From assembly GCF_014651955.1 (NCBI RefSeq), contig NZ_BMXW01000005.1, forward strand, positions 18,333 to 58,332: a DNA stretch of 40,000 bases. The letters run 5' to 3'. The translations under genes and the position numbers were made by a program. The notes beneath the pieces were generated by a model. It was not told the origin of the DNA and made no database searches. It saw only the letters and a list, made by a program, of their open reading frames with translations. The DNA comes from Shewanella fodinae (GTDB lineage: Bacteria > Pseudomonadota > Gammaproteobacteria > Enterobacterales > Shewanellaceae). Shown piece after piece: positions 16,448 to 27,072 of the stretch. Numbering within the stretch: position 1 is the stretch's first letter; the number at the start of each line of letters is the position of its first letter.

Positions 16448-18625
16448 CTACATCGCCACGGCTGCCGGTTTGGCATTCTCTACCACACTGCGCAGACGCG
16501 CCTTCAGATCCTGATAAATCTGCTCCGCATGGCTTTCTGCCCAGTTCTGATCGTCAATCGATTTCAAGGTTACCGCACAGTATTTAGTCTCCGGCGTGTT
16601 AGTGACCGGATCCATATTCTCCTGTGTCAGTTCGTTGCAGGCACCGACCCACCATTGGTAAGTCATGTACACCGCCCCGCGATTGACGCGTTCGTTAAAG
16701 TTGGCGCGGGTAATCACTTTACCACGACGTGACTCAACCCAAACCAGTGCCTGGTCCTGGATCCCCAGTTGCCGTGCATTATCTGGATGGATCTGCACAA
16801 ACCCCGGTTCATCTGCCAGTGCCTTCAGCGCCGCACAGTTACCTGTCATCGAGCGGCAAGAGTAATGGCCCACTTCACGAACGGTACTCAGTACCAGCGG
16901 GTAATCCGGTGTTGTCAGCTCCGCCGGTTTACGCCACTGATGAGTCAGCAGTTGTCCCTTACCAGAAGCAACCGCAGTAAACTTCAAATCGGTGTACAGA
17001 ATTGGTGTTCCTGGATGTTCCAATGTCGGACACGGCCACTGAATATGCCCCAGTTCGCCCATCTTCTCGTAGGTGACACCGTAGTATATTGGACACAGTT
17101 CTCTCAGTTCGTCCCAAATCTGCTGATCGTTGTCATAGTGCATTGGGTAACCCATCTCAGTCGCTATCAGCGAGATGATCTCCCAGTCACGTTTAACGTT
17201 GTACTTAGGTTCCACTGCCTTATAGAAACGTTGGAAACCACGGTCACAACAGGTATAGACACCGCTATGTTCACCCCAAGAGGTGGCAGGCAAAATCACA
17301 TCGGCCATTTCGGCGGTCTTGGTCATAAAGATGTCTTGTACCACTAACAAATCCAGTGCTTCCAGGCCTTTACGCACTGAGCTGGTATCCGCTTCGGTCT
17401 GCATCGGGTCTTCACCCATGATGTAGTAGGCTTTGACTTTGCCTTCCATTGCCAGATGCGGTACCAGTGACAAACGCACCCCAGGTTCAGGATCCATCTG
17501 CGCCGGATCAATACCCCAGGCTTTGGCGAATTTCTCGCGGATAGCCGGGTCGGCTACGGACTGATAGCCTGGGAACAGATCCGGCAGCACGCCCATATCA
17601 CAAGCCCCCTGGACGTTATTCTGTCCTCGGACAGGCGCTACCCCAGCACCGGCACGGCCTAGATTGCCAGTGAGCAATGCCAACGCCGCCAGACTTTTAA
17701 CGGTTTCAGTGCCCTGACCGTACTGTGTTACCCCCATACCCCACATAATGACAGCGGATTCGGCCCCGGCGTAAGTACGCATCGCTTGACGGATCTGCGC
17801 TGCCGGTACGCCAGTCGCTGCTTCTACAGCTTCCGGAGCATAGTCTTTCACCACATCCCACAGACCATCGAAGCCTTCGGTATATTTGGCGACAAACTCT
17901 TTGTCATACAGCTCTTCTTCAATCAGGGTATAAATAAAGGCGTTGATCAATGCCATGTTGCTGCCGTTGTGCAACTGCAGGAACTGGTCAGCAATGCGTG
18001 CGGTTTCAATCTTACGTGGATCACACACCACAATTTTGGCGCCTTTCTGGCGGGCTTTGACAATACGCCGAGCCACAATCGGATGAGAATCCGCGCCGTT
18101 ATAACCGAACACAAACAAGCATTTTGAATTTTCAATATCGTCCAACGAAACGCTCATAGCGCCGTTGCCCAGTGTAGCGCGCAGACCTGCGACGGATGGG
18201 CCGTGTCAGACTCGAGCGCAACAATCGACGTTATTAGTGCCGATCACTGCGCGAGCAAATTTTTGCATCACATAGTTGGTTTCGTTACCAGTACCACGGG
18301 AAGATCCTGTGGTCATAATGGAACGAGGGCCAAACTTCTGTTTGATTTCAGAAAAACGTTTAGCGACAAATTTGATTGCTTCATCCCAGGACACAGTTTC
18401 AAAGGGTACCCCTTTGCTACGACGGATCATTGGCTCGCGCAAACGCGGAGTCAGCAGTTTGGTGTCGTTGAGAAAGTCCCAGCCATAATAGCCTTTGAGG
18501 CACAATTCCCCTTGGTTGGTGTAACCATTTGCGGCCTCGGCGCGGATAATCTTGCCGTTATCCACCACCAGATTCATCTTGCATCCCGCACCGCAATACG
18601 GGCATACAACGGTTGCTTTTTCCAT
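16448..18625 (-). CDS. fdhF: Formate dehydrogenase H (FdhF), selenocysteine-containing; TGA at the complement of 18206-18208 is read as Sec (codon 140)
   Basis: The two track ORFs (18206..18625 and 16448..18157) are in the same frame. Reading across them gives ...NNVDCCARV-TGA-HGPSVAGLRATLGNGAMSVSLDD..., colinear with the Cys copy and with E. coli FdhF (Sec140, from memory). A SECIS-like hairpin follows the TGA. The start is MEKATVVCPYCGAGCKM after TAAAGGTAGAT. Confidence 0.9.
18170..18208 (-). promoter_or_regulatory. Sec UGA codon plus bacterial SECIS hairpin (recoding signal)
   Basis: The minus strand reads UGA CAC GGC CCA UCC GUCGCA-GGUC-UGCGC. The stem pairs are A-U, C-G, G-C, C-G, then a bulged U, then G-C (complement of 18179-18193). 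The hairpin starts 12 nt after the UGA. The spacing and the GGUC apical loop match the E. coli fdhF SECIS as I recall it. Confidence 0.75.
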
Positions 18626-18645
18626 AGTTATCTACCTTTACCAGC

Positions 18646-19191
18646 TTAAGAGTAGAGCTGAGCCCCGGCGTCCAGTGCGGCGCGGCGGCGTTTTTCAGCA
18701 CTCATGGCCTCAAGTTCGTTGCGGTCAATACATCTGAGTGCTTCTGTCGGACAAACTTCGATACACGCCGGCCCTTGTGGGCGGGTGTAGCAAAGGTCGC
18801 ACTTGTTGGCCTGGGCTTTTTCAACCAGGACATTAACGGCAGCGCCGGTATTGCGCACCACCGGATGGGTTACCACTTCCATGGCGCCGTACGGACAGGC
18901 CACCACACAGGTTTTACAACCGATGCAGCGATCCTGCAGCACATGCACAAAGCCATGTTCGCGGCGAATAGCGTTATTGGGACAAACGTTAGCACAGGGA
19001 GCATCTTCACACTGACGGCACGCTGTCGCAGTGCTGATGTCGCCCCCTTTTACAACGTGGATACGGGGATTGAAGTTTACGGCGCTGACACCGGTCACGT
19101 CCCCGTCTGGGCGATGGGCAACAGCGCAGGCTACCTCACAGGTGCGGCAGCCGATACACTTATTGGCATCAGCGAGAATAAAACGATTCAT
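18646..19191 (-). CDS. hydN: HydN-type 4Fe-4S ferredoxin, second copy
   Basis: 181 aa, starting MNRFILADANKCIGCRTCEVAC. It aligns without gaps to the first copy, with about 32 mismatches in 181 positions by my manual count. GGAGAG SD is present. Confidence 0.9.
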   Translation of the reverse strand: MNRFILADANKCIGCRTCEVACAVAHRPDGDVTGVSAVNFNPRIHVVKGGDISTATACRQCEDAPCANVCPNNAIRREHGFVHVLQDRCIGCKTCVVACPYGAMEVVTHPVVRNTGAAVNVLVEKAQANKCDLCYTRPQGPACIEVCPTEALRCIDRNELEAMSAEKRRRAALDAGAQLYS

Positions 19192-19263
19192 AATACTCTC
19201 CGGTTTTCCACAGGCTCTTGTTACCTGTTATTACAAAGCACCTACACACTCTATGGCTTTAAT

Positions 19264-19278
19264 ACATAATTCAAGCCA
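19264..19278 (-). promoter_or_regulatory. Candidate sigma-54 (-24/-12) promoter of hydN-fdhF(Sec)
   Basis: The minus strand reads TGGCTT-GAATT-ATGT. Spacing and distance to hydN (about 75 nt) match the box at 4888-4902. Confidence 0.4.
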
Positions 19279-19349
19279 ACTATTTTTCCCAATTAAAAAC
19301 ATTAGGTTACATAAAGAACATAAGACTAAGACCAAAATTCACGACACTG

Positions 19350-19378
19350 TCGTCATGTCATTTCGACAAAACTGTCGA
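19350..19378 (-). promoter_or_regulatory. 29-bp conserved upstream element (candidate FhlA-type enhancer/UAS), copy 2
   Basis: Identical to 4974-5002. It ends 3 nt before the hycI stop codon (19382-19384). Confidence 0.55.
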
Positions 19379-19381
19379 GTG

Positions 19382-19885
19382 TCAGCAGCACTCACCCTCG
19401 ACACTCAGCTGCGGGATCTGCCGCCAATTGTTGTCAGCAAACATCTGGTACAGCGCCGCCACAGCTTGGCTGACCGCTGGCGTCATGGGATAACAAAAAC
19501 CGACGATGTCTGGCTGGATGCCAATCATTACCACTTCATCCACCGCCTCACGTAAATCATCGATAAGATAATTGAGCGGCATGCTATGGGTACTCATCAG
19601 CATCATTTCACCAATACAATCAGGGTCAATTTGCCGAATTTCTCCGGGATTGAGGCCCATTTCAGTCGCATCCACCACCACCAACACTCTGGGTGCCAAT
19701 GCGCGAATATGTACGGTTTCGGTTTCCGGGGCGCTGCCGCCGTCCACTACTTGCCAGCCATAAATCGGCCTGTCGGCCAACTGCTGAGCCAGTAAGGGGC
19801 CAGCACCATCATCACCCATCATGCTGTTACCAACACACAGCAATACTTTGGCTGCGCGGTCGGTGTCCGGGTTTGCTTTAGTCAT
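19382..19885 (-). CDS. hycI: Hydrogenase 3/4 large-subunit C-terminal endopeptidase HycI
   Basis: 167 aa. VLLCVGNSMMGDDGAGPLLAQQL is the typical HycI/HybD-type maturation protease N-terminus. It overlaps hyfJ by 8 nt. Confidence 0.88.
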   Translation of the reverse strand: MTKANPDTDRAAKVLLCVGNSMMGDDGAGPLLAQQLADRPIYGWQVVDGGSAPETETVHIRALAPRVLVVVDATEMGLNPGEIRQIDPDCIGEMMLMSTHSMPLNYLIDDLREAVDEVVMIGIQPDIVGFCYPMTPAVSQAVAALYQMFADNNWRQIPQLSVEGECC

Positions 19886-20282
19886 GGAGCCTCCTGACGA
19901 TCAGGTGAATTGCAGTTTCGGTCTGGATCATCTCCAGCATAGTCATCAGCTGATCGCGCCAGTGCAGGATCTCGCTATCGACAGTGTCATCCATTGCCGC
20001 CAATCCCTTGGCCAGCATCACCACATGAGTACTGTTGATCACGATTTCGCCATACTTAGGAATGCCCGCCAGTTTCTGACGGGCCTGCTCGTCAGGAATG
20101 GCAGCAAGCCATTCCTGATAACGTTCCAATGGACAAGTTAATGCGGGTTTAAAACAGTCAATCACCCCTAAGTGATGGCCGATGGCCAGACCGTAATACA
20201 CCAGCTGTTGCGATTCTGGTTTGGCATCCTTGTCATCGACAAACTTCTGATTGAGGATGAAAAAGGTAACCGATTCGCTCAT
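19878..20282 (-). CDS. hyfJ: Formate hydrogenlyase maturation protein HycH/HyfJ
   Basis: 134 aa. Position and size match HycH/HyfJ. The start is coupled to hyfI by an ATGA overlap. Confidence 0.8.
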   Translation of the reverse strand: MSESVTFFILNQKFVDDKDAKPESQQLVYYGLAIGHHLGVIDCFKPALTCPLERYQEWLAAIPDEQARQKLAGIPKYGEIVINSTHVVMLAKGLAAMDDTVDSEILHWRDQLMTMLEMIQTETAIHLIVRRLHD

Positions 20283-21052
20283 GCCCGTAGTGCTCCTGTA
20301 ACCTGTTGTAATTGACCGATGATCTCATTCAGCCGTGGGTCGCTCTGCATGGTCAGATACTGCGCCACAGCCGCATCGCTGTCGGGCGTTATCAGCAGTT
20401 CCAGATACTTATCGGCAATCTGCCGTCCGTAACGATAACCCGCTAATTCACGCGCCTTACGCTCTACTACAACCCGAAGTTGTGGTGCCACTTGCGGATG
20501 GCGAAGCTGGGCTGGATGACTGTCGATAGCAGAGGGTTCACGAGCGTGAATTTTCTGCTCCAACAGTCCCAGTGCCATAGCGAAACCGTACAAGGTTGCC
20601 GCCGGTGTTGGCGGGCACCCCGGAATGTAAACATCCACAGGTACGATTTTGTCGGTACCGCCCCAGACGCAGTAGAGATCATGGAAGATACCACCACTGT
20701 TACCGCAGGCGCCGTAGGAAACGATGATTTTGGGATCCGGCGCAGACTCATAGGCTCTTAAAGCTGGTACGCGCATAGCGCGAGTGACCGCACCGGTATA
20801 TAACAAGATGTCGGCATGCCGCGGAGATGGCACCACTTTGATGCCGAAACGTTCAGCATCAAACAGGGGGGAAATGCTGGCAAAAATCTCAATTTCACAG
20901 CCGTTACACCCCCCGCAATCAACGCGATAAACATAAGCCGAACGACCTATATTTTTCAGCAAAGACGCCTTCATCTTGGCGATGCTTTCATCCACGGTCA
21001 GTGGAATAGGCATACCGTTGGCATCTCGTGTGTCTGGTAAAGTTAAGCTCAT
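20279..21052 (-). CDS. hyfI: Hydrogenase-4 small subunit (NuoB/HycG-like), HyfI
   Basis: 257 aa. NuoB-type cluster ligands are present: [19 protein letters not shown] and IPGCPPTP. Confidence 0.92.
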   Translation of the reverse strand: MSLTLPDTRDANGMPIPLTVDESIAKMKASLLKNIGRSAYVYRVDCGGCNGCEIEIFASISPLFDAERFGIKVVPSPRHADILLYTGAVTRAMRVPALRAYESAPDPKIIVSYGACGNSGGIFHDLYCVWGGTDKIVPVDVYIPGCPPTPAATLYGFAMALGLLEQKIHAREPSAIDSHPAQLRHPQVAPQLRVVVERKARELAGYRYGRQIADKYLELLITPDSDAAVAQYLTMQSDPRLNEIIGQLQQVTGALRA

Positions 21053-21597
21053 AGCACTGGCTCCCGTAATAACCGGCTCAGATTGATGCGCTGTGACTGG
21101 GTGATATTGTGCGCGCGTTTACAATGCGGGCAGGTGTGAAGCTGCTGATGCAGCGCCTCACGATCTTCGAACTGGCCAGTTGCCATCAACAGATCTTCGG
21201 CGTATTGCAACTCTTTAGCGACGGCGAACGGTTTACCGCACTCAGCACAAGTTGCCAGCGGAAACGCTGACTTCTGATACAAGTCCTCTTTACGCCACAC
21301 CGCCATCTGTACTTCTTGGGTCAGCACGATGGCATGGGTTGGACAAACTTCTTCACAGCGACCGCAGAAGATGCAGCGACCGAGGAACAATGACCACTCT
21401 TGCATACCGCTAACCAGATTGGTTTGCACCGTCAGCGCATTCGCCGGGCAAGCATTCATACAGGCCGCACAGGCGATACACTGGGACGGGTCCTGTTCAG
21501 GTTTGCCGCGAAAGTTTTTGTCTACCTCTGGTGGGGTCAGCGGATCTGTGCCGGTAACCACGCCAGTCTGCAGCGCCTTTTTCAAAAATTTCAGCAT
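21049..21597 (-). CDS. hyfH: Hydrogenase-4 2x[4Fe-4S] subunit (HycF/NuoI-like), HyfH
   Basis: 182 aa with [12 protein letters not shown] and [12 protein letters not shown]. Confidence 0.9.
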   Translation of the reverse strand: MLKFLKKALQTGVVTGTDPLTPPEVDKNFRGKPEQDPSQCIACAACMNACPANALTVQTNLVSGMQEWSLFLGRCIFCGRCEEVCPTHAIVLTQEVQMAVWRKEDLYQKSAFPLATCAECGKPFAVAKELQYAEDLLMATGQFEDREALHQQLHTCPHCKRAHNITQSQRINLSRLLREPVL

Positions 21598-21615
21598 AAT
21601 TGACTCCTTGGCAGA

Positions 21616-23346
21616 CTACTTCAGCGGGGAATTGGTACGCTCGATGGCGTAACGTTCCACCTCTTTGTAGGACACGGTTTTGCTAGAGCGCTTGTTGACA
21701 TCAACAAAAGTGACGCGGTCAGTGCAGGAGTAGCAAGGGTCGAGGCTGCCAATAATCAGCGGTGCGTCGGAGACCGTATTGCCCCGCAGCATATAGCGCA
21801 GCGTAGTCCAGTTGGCATAAGTCGCCGCACGGCAACGCCAGCGGAACAGCTTTTGGTTATCTCCGGTCATACTCCAGTGGATGTCATCGCCACGCGGTGC
21901 TTCAGTAAAGCCCAGTGCAAACTTATGTGGCTGATAGGTAAAACCATCCACCTGCAACGGCCCACCAGGCAGATTATCCAACCCGTAATCGATCATATTG
22001 AGGCTGGTATAAACCTCATTAATGCGCACTTTCAGGCGCGACAACACATCGCAGCCCTGTTCGCTGTGAACTTGCATCGGTAACAGACCGTAACCCACGA
22101 ACGGATGATCGGCACGGGCGTCACGGGCATGACCACTAGCACGTACCATAGGACCAACGTTACTGAAATCGCGGGCGATTTGCGGGTCAAGAATGCCGAC
22201 GCCAACGGTACGTTCTTCCATGTTGGGTGTACTCAGCAACACATCGACCAGGTCGTTCACTTCGCGGCGCATCTCCTGCGCCAGTTTACGGGTGGCGAGC
22301 ATGTCATCTTTGAGTAAGTCGCGACGCACCCCACCTATCAGGTTCAAACCATAAGTCTTGCGGGAGCCGGTGAGAATTTCGGCCATTTTCATGGACACTT
22401 CACGCACGCGGAAGAACTGCATAAACCCAGAGTCAAAACCGGTAAAGTGGCAGGACAAGCCTAGATTCAGCAGGTGGCTATGTAACCGCTCCACTTCCAA
22501 CAGAATGGCGCGGATCATCTGTGCCCGCGCTGGCACCTTAATGCCCAGCGAGTTTTCAACCGAGGTGGTGTAAGCAGTGCTATGGGCAAACCCACAAATA
22601 CCGCAAACCCGATCCGACAGGAAGGTCACTTCGTTATAACCCATACGGGTTTCCGCCAGCTTTTCCATGCCACGATGCACATAAAATAAACGGTAGTCAG
22701 CATCGATAATACGTTCACCATCCACAAACAGACGGAAGTGTCCCGGCTCATCAGAAGTCACATGCAACGGGCCGATGGGCACGATGCGGTTTTTGTCACT
22801 CCCCAGTTCGTTGATAAACGGATAGGTTTCGCGATCCGTTGTCGGCGCGGGACGCTGGCGATAATCCATACTGTCTTTACGCAGCGGGAACAGATCTTCT
22901 GGCCAGTCATCTGGCAGTACCAGTCGCCGTTCATCCGGCAGTCCAACTGGATGCAAGCCGTACATATCACGAACTTCACGTTCGCCCCACACGGCCGCAG
23001 GCACTCGTGGAGTAACCGCCGGATATTCGAGCGTATTGGCATCCACCAACACCTTCACCACAATCCAGCATTTCTCGCCCTCTTCCATCGACAGCACGTA
23101 ATACACGGCAAAATGGCCATTCAAGGTGCGTTCATCATTGCCGAACAGCACACTCAACCAGCCCCCTTGGCGGTAATACAGATATTCCACAATTTCCGGC
23201 AATAATCCGGTTTTAACGGTAATGGTGACCTGATCCTGAGTCTGTCTTTCCTCTTCCAGAACGGCGTTTGGAAACTGTGCTCTGACCCGGGCCAGATAAC
23301 CAGCGGCTTTATGGTCGGCATTGGCAACAGTGTTTTGATTAGTCAC
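21616..23346 (-). CDS. hyfG: [NiFe] hydrogenase-4 large subunit (NuoC-NuoD fusion, HycE-like), HyfG
   Basis: ORF 21616..23460 trimmed to the GTG at the complement of 23344-23346, which has GGAG 7 nt upstream and overlaps the hyfF stop. This gives 576 aa. The N-terminal Ni-ligand motif is [11 protein letters not shown]. The C-terminal motif DPCYSCTDR is followed by a cleavable extension, the HycI substrate. Confidence 0.92.
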   Translation of the reverse strand: MTNQNTVANADHKAAGYLARVRAQFPNAVLEEERQTQDQVTITVKTGLLPEIVEYLYYRQGGWLSVLFGNDERTLNGHFAVYYVLSMEEGEKCWIVVKVLVDANTLEYPAVTPRVPAAVWGEREVRDMYGLHPVGLPDERRLVLPDDWPEDLFPLRKDSMDYRQRPAPTTDRETYPFINELGSDKNRIVPIGPLHVTSDEPGHFRLFVDGERIIDADYRLFYVHRGMEKLAETRMGYNEVTFLSDRVCGICGFAHSTAYTTSVENSLGIKVPARAQMIRAILLEVERLHSHLLNLGLSCHFTGFDSGFMQFFRVREVSMKMAEILTGSRKTYGLNLIGGVRRDLLKDDMLATRKLAQEMRREVNDLVDVLLSTPNMEERTVGVGILDPQIARDFSNVGPMVRASGHARDARADHPFVGYGLLPMQVHSEQGCDVLSRLKVRINEVYTSLNMIDYGLDNLPGGPLQVDGFTYQPHKFALGFTEAPRGDDIHWSMTGDNQKLFRWRCRAATYANWTTLRYMLRGNTVSDAPLIIGSLDPCYSCTDRVTFVDVNKRSSKTVSYKEVERYAIERTNSPLK

Positions 23347-24958
23347 GGTACATCTCCTGCTGGGAAGGGGTTGATTGAGAAGCGGTGGTGCTGACAGCCC
23401 CGGTAGTTGACATACCCGGTACCGACAGCGCCCGCAATTCGGCTTCACCGGCTTTATCACCGTTCAGCACAATGGTGGTGGCCTGTTGCAGCAACTGTGT
23501 CACCGGTTGTGGAATATGGGTGCCCATCAGCAACATCAGCGCTAGTAGCAACGCCAGCGGCGCTGTCGTCAGCCAACCAAGTTCACCTTTGCTAACATTG
23601 TCAGGCTGCTTACCCAGCACCGACATCACTACCATCCGTACCAGTCCCGCCAACACAATGGTCAGCAGTGCCAGCAGCAGTAATACCAACCATAAGTGAC
23701 CAGCATGAATACCCGCGGTGACTGTCATAAACTCACTGAGGAACACGTTAAATGGTGGCATACCGCCAAGAGCCAAGGCTCCGCCCGCCAGTAACGCCCC
23801 CGAGAAAGGCGCCACCCGCAACAACCCTTTAATGGCATTCATATCGCGGGTGCCATATTTCAAAAGTACGTTGCCTGAGCCACAAAACAGCAGGGTTTTT
23901 GCCAGACTGTGGTTCAAGGTGTGCAGCATGGCGGCCAAAATGCCCAGCGGGCCACCGATCCCCAAGGCCACCGCAATCAGCCCCATGTTTTCCACACTGG
24001 AATAGGCCAGCAGACGTTTCATGTCGTGCTGAACCAAAATGAGGAAAGCGGCGACACCCACGGACAATAGGCCAAAGATCAGCAACAGCCGCTGTGGGAA
24101 TTCGTTACCAATGGCAGCGCTAATCAGAATGTAATAACGCACAATCACCAGCAGCGCGCAGTTCAGCAATACTGCTGACAGCAACGCACTGGTAGGGCTT
24201 GGCGCTTCACTATGAGCATCCGGTAGCCAGGCGTGCATAGGGAACAAACCAGTTTTTGTCCCAAAGCCGATGAGCACGAAGATAAACGCCAGATGCATCA
24301 GCGTACTATCCAGTTCACCAGCATGATGCAGTACCTCGGTCCAGAAGATTGCATCGCCGGGATTGGCCATCACATTGGCCGCATTGGAGTACACCAACAC
24401 AGTACCGTAGAGACCGAACGCCACGCCTACGGTACAGATGATGATGTATTTCCAGGCCGCTTCCAGTGAAGACTGCTGCCCATAAAGCCCCACCAAAAAC
24501 GCTGAGCTGAGAGTGGTCGCTTCAATTGCCGCCCACATCACAATCAGATTGTTGCTGGTGATCACCAACAGCATGGTGAACAGGAACAGATGGAAAAAGC
24601 CGTAGTAACTGCAAAGTGAGCCGACACTGACTTCACCATCATCGACCTCATGGTTCATATAGCCGATGGAATAGATACCGGTAATAAAGCCGATGATGCC
24701 GAGAATGGCCAGAAACAGCGCACTCAGTCCATCAAGATGCAGCCAGTTATGGGCGGCAAGTAATTCGCCCTGACGATAGACGGTCCACACAGCCACCAGT
24801 GAAGTGACCAGTAGCAAGGTACTGCCGATAGCATGCACCATAGTGACCAGTTTTTGCGAGCCGTCGCCAGTTAGACGACAGGCAAACGCCAGCAGCGAGG
24901 TCACGAGTGGAATGGCCAGCAGGGTGATAAAAAGATCCAATGTAGCCATGTTGTTCAC
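23339..24958 (-). CDS. hyfF: Hydrogenase-4 antiporter-like membrane subunit HyfF (NuoN/M-like)
   Basis: 539-aa polytopic ORF. Antiporter-like motifs are present ([34 protein letters not shown]). ATGA overlap with hyfE. Confidence 0.9.
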   Translation of the reverse strand: MNNMATLDLFITLLAIPLVTSLLAFACRLTGDGSQKLVTMVHAIGSTLLLVTSLVAVWTVYRQGELLAAHNWLHLDGLSALFLAILGIIGFITGIYSIGYMNHEVDDGEVSVGSLCSYYGFFHLFLFTMLLVITSNNLIVMWAAIEATTLSSAFLVGLYGQQSSLEAAWKYIIICTVGVAFGLYGTVLVYSNAANVMANPGDAIFWTEVLHHAGELDSTLMHLAFIFVLIGFGTKTGLFPMHAWLPDAHSEAPSPTSALLSAVLLNCALLVIVRYYILISAAIGNEFPQRLLLIFGLLSVGVAAFLILVQHDMKRLLAYSSVENMGLIAVALGIGGPLGILAAMLHTLNHSLAKTLLFCGSGNVLLKYGTRDMNAIKGLLRVAPFSGALLAGGALALGGMPPFNVFLSEFMTVTAGIHAGHLWLVLLLLALLTIVLAGLVRMVVMSVLGKQPDNVSKGELGWLTTAPLALLLALMLLMGTHIPQPVTQLLQQATTIVLNGDKAGEAELRALSVPGMSTTGAVSTTASQSTPSQQEMYRD

Positions 24959-25605
24959 CCTTTCAATGAGATCAGTTTTTGAACATCAAGAGTGTTCATG
25001 GTGCGGTATATACGCCGCGCCATCAGCGCCATGATGATCACGGCGAAAATGGCATCAGTAGCAATGCCGATTTCCACCAGTTCTGGGGCACCATGTGCCA
25101 GCAAAGCGAGGGTCAGATGTGCGCCGTTCTCCATCAGACAGTAACCAAACACCTGCTTGAGGATATTGCGCTGACTGACAATACACAGCAGCCCGATAAG
25201 AAAATGCCCTAGCGACACCGCCAGCACCGGCTTGAGCTCAGTCAGCATTGGCAGTTGTACCGGCTGCACCGCAAAATAGCTCACCAGCACAATCGCGGCA
25301 GCGATCATAAACAGTGCCGCCGTGCTAATAACACCGCCATCAGCTTTAGGATCTGCCAGTTTGCAAAAGGCGCGATACATGATCAGTGGCACCAGCACCA
25401 CCTTGGTAATGAAGGCACTGATGGACCACATATACAACTCATGGGCCCCGAACATATTCGCCAGCGTGATGAAAATACCCACCAACACCAACGACTGCAG
25501 CGCATACAGACCGGCGGATAGCGTCGGTTTTTTCGCAGCAATCACCAGCATGGAGGTGACAATCATCAGCCCGGCGAGGTTATTGACAAGCAATGTTCCA
25601 GTCAT
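24955..25605 (-). CDS. hyfE: Hydrogenase-4 membrane subunit HyfE
   Basis: 216 aa, colinear with E. coli HyfE as I recall it (MTG...VNNLAGLM..., [40 protein letters not shown]). Confidence 0.9.
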   Translation of the reverse strand: MTGTLLVNNLAGLMIVTSMLVIAAKKPTLSAGLYALQSLVLVGIFITLANMFGAHELYMWSISAFITKVVLVPLIMYRAFCKLADPKADGGVISTAALFMIAAAIVLVSYFAVQPVQLPMLTELKPVLAVSLGHFLIGLLCIVSQRNILKQVFGYCLMENGAHLTLALLAHGAPELVEIGIATDAIFAVIIMALMARRIYRTMNTLDVQKLISLKG

Positions 25606-25617
25606 ATGATTTCTCCC

Positions 25618-27057
25618 TTACGCCAGCCAGGTTGCCGCAATAACGCTGGAGATCAGCGACATCACAATCAACACCACCAGCACTATCTTCATCGACATTG
25701 GCACCGCGGACGCATTAGCCACTTCAGTTGAGGGTTCACCGGGCACGGTACGACCGAACCACAACAGCAACCAGGCAAAACTGGCGACCGATTCAATCAG
25801 CGCAATAATCAACAGCGGTAACAGCCACCAGTGCTCATGGCTCAGTTCAAAGCCCGCCGCAAACAGCGGGAATTTACTAAAGAAGCCGTTAAACGGTGGC
25901 ACCCCGGCAATCGCCATTGCCGCCACACAGAAGCCAATGCCCAATAGCGGCATACAACGCAACAGGCCTTTCAACTGTGGCAACATACGGGTGCCACAGG
26001 CATAACTGAGGGCACCAGCCACAAGGAAGAACAAGCTCTTGGCATAAGCGTGGTTGAAGATGTAAGCAATACCGGCATCAAAGGCCATTTTCGAATTGAA
26101 GATGGACAGTGACAGTGCCAGAAAGATGTAAGACAACTGCGCAATAGTGGAATAGGCCAGCAGACGTTTCATATCTTTCTGCGGCAGATACATCAGGAAG
26201 CCATACACCATAGTGATGGTTGCCATTACCGCGCCGACTACCCCGATTTCATGAGGCACAGTCCCCGCCGACATAATGGCGCGGGCAAAGATGTAAACGC
26301 CCACTTTCACCATGGAAGCAGCATGCAAGTAGGCACTGACTGGCGTTGGCGCTTCCATCGCATCTGGCAACCACATGTGCAGTGGCAGTTGTGCTGATTT
26401 ACCCCAGGCTGCAAACAGTACACCGCCGAACACCACCAGCTTGTCGGCATCACTGAGCTGACTGATAGCCGTTAGCTCAAAAGTCCCGGTTTTGGCAAAC
26501 AGCCAAGCCGCCGCCAGATACAAACCAACAGAGGCGATGTGAGTCACCAGCAAGGCTTTCAAAGCTGAACGCAATGACTTGGGACTCTGATAGTAGCCAA
26601 TCAACCCCCAAGAACAGCCGCCAGTGATTTCGAAAAACAACAGTTGTCCGAGGATGGTGGATGACAACGTCAAGCCCGCCATCGCCCCGATGAACACCAG
26701 CAACAAGGCATAATAACGATTACTGCCTTCGTGCGGATGTTCCCGGTTGCCAACCGTGAGATAACCACAGGAATAAAGGCTGATCAGAAAGCCGAGGGAC
26801 ACCACGGCAAAACCAATCAACAGACTGACGCGATCCATCACAAAACCAAACAGCTGGGTATGCCCATAACTGTATAGGGTGAACGTCACATCGGTTTTAC
26901 CGCTGTCCAGATAGGCGTAGGCCAGAGCCGCCATACCCAAAGTGGCCAGCAGCGCGAACAGCGTGCACAGCACCTTGGCGTGTCGCTGTGGCATCAAAGC
27001 GATCAACAGTGCGCCGATAAACGGCAGCAGCATGGTCGCAAGCGCAATATTCTCCAT
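25618..27057 (-). CDS. hyfD: Hydrogenase-4 antiporter-like membrane subunit HyfD (NuoM/L-like)
   Basis: 479-aa polytopic ORF with WLPDAMEAPTPVSAYLHAASMVKVG and LLAYSTIAQLS. Confidence 0.9.
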   Translation of the reverse strand: MENIALATMLLPFIGALLIALMPQRHAKVLCTLFALLATLGMAALAYAYLDSGKTDVTFTLYSYGHTQLFGFVMDRVSLLIGFAVVSLGFLISLYSCGYLTVGNREHPHEGSNRYYALLLVFIGAMAGLTLSSTILGQLLFFEITGGCSWGLIGYYQSPKSLRSALKALLVTHIASVGLYLAAAWLFAKTGTFELTAISQLSDADKLVVFGGVLFAAWGKSAQLPLHMWLPDAMEAPTPVSAYLHAASMVKVGVYIFARAIMSAGTVPHEIGVVGAVMATITMVYGFLMYLPQKDMKRLLAYSTIAQLSYIFLALSLSIFNSKMAFDAGIAYIFNHAYAKSLFFLVAGALSYACGTRMLPQLKGLLRCMPLLGIGFCVAAMAIAGVPPFNGFFSKFPLFAAGFELSHEHWWLLPLLIIALIESVASFAWLLLWFGRTVPGEPSTEVANASAVPMSMKIVLVVLIVMSLISSVIAATWLA

Positions 27058-27072
27058 AAGAATGCTGACTCC

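Noticed and set aside
16318-16732. Plus-strand ORFs 16318..16587 and 16436..16732 downstream of the adh-like gene.
   Set aside because: They run through the fdhF terminator and antisense to the fdhF 3' end. Their composition is Pro/Ser/His-rich and they have no SD.
18158-18205. The apparent break in fdhF (two ORFs separated by a TGA) could be read as a nonsense-mutated pseudogene.
   Set aside because: Both parts share a frame and the sequence across the gap is conserved FdhF active-site sequence. The TGA sits at the known Sec position and is followed by a SECIS-like hairpin. I annotated it as one selenoprotein CDS.
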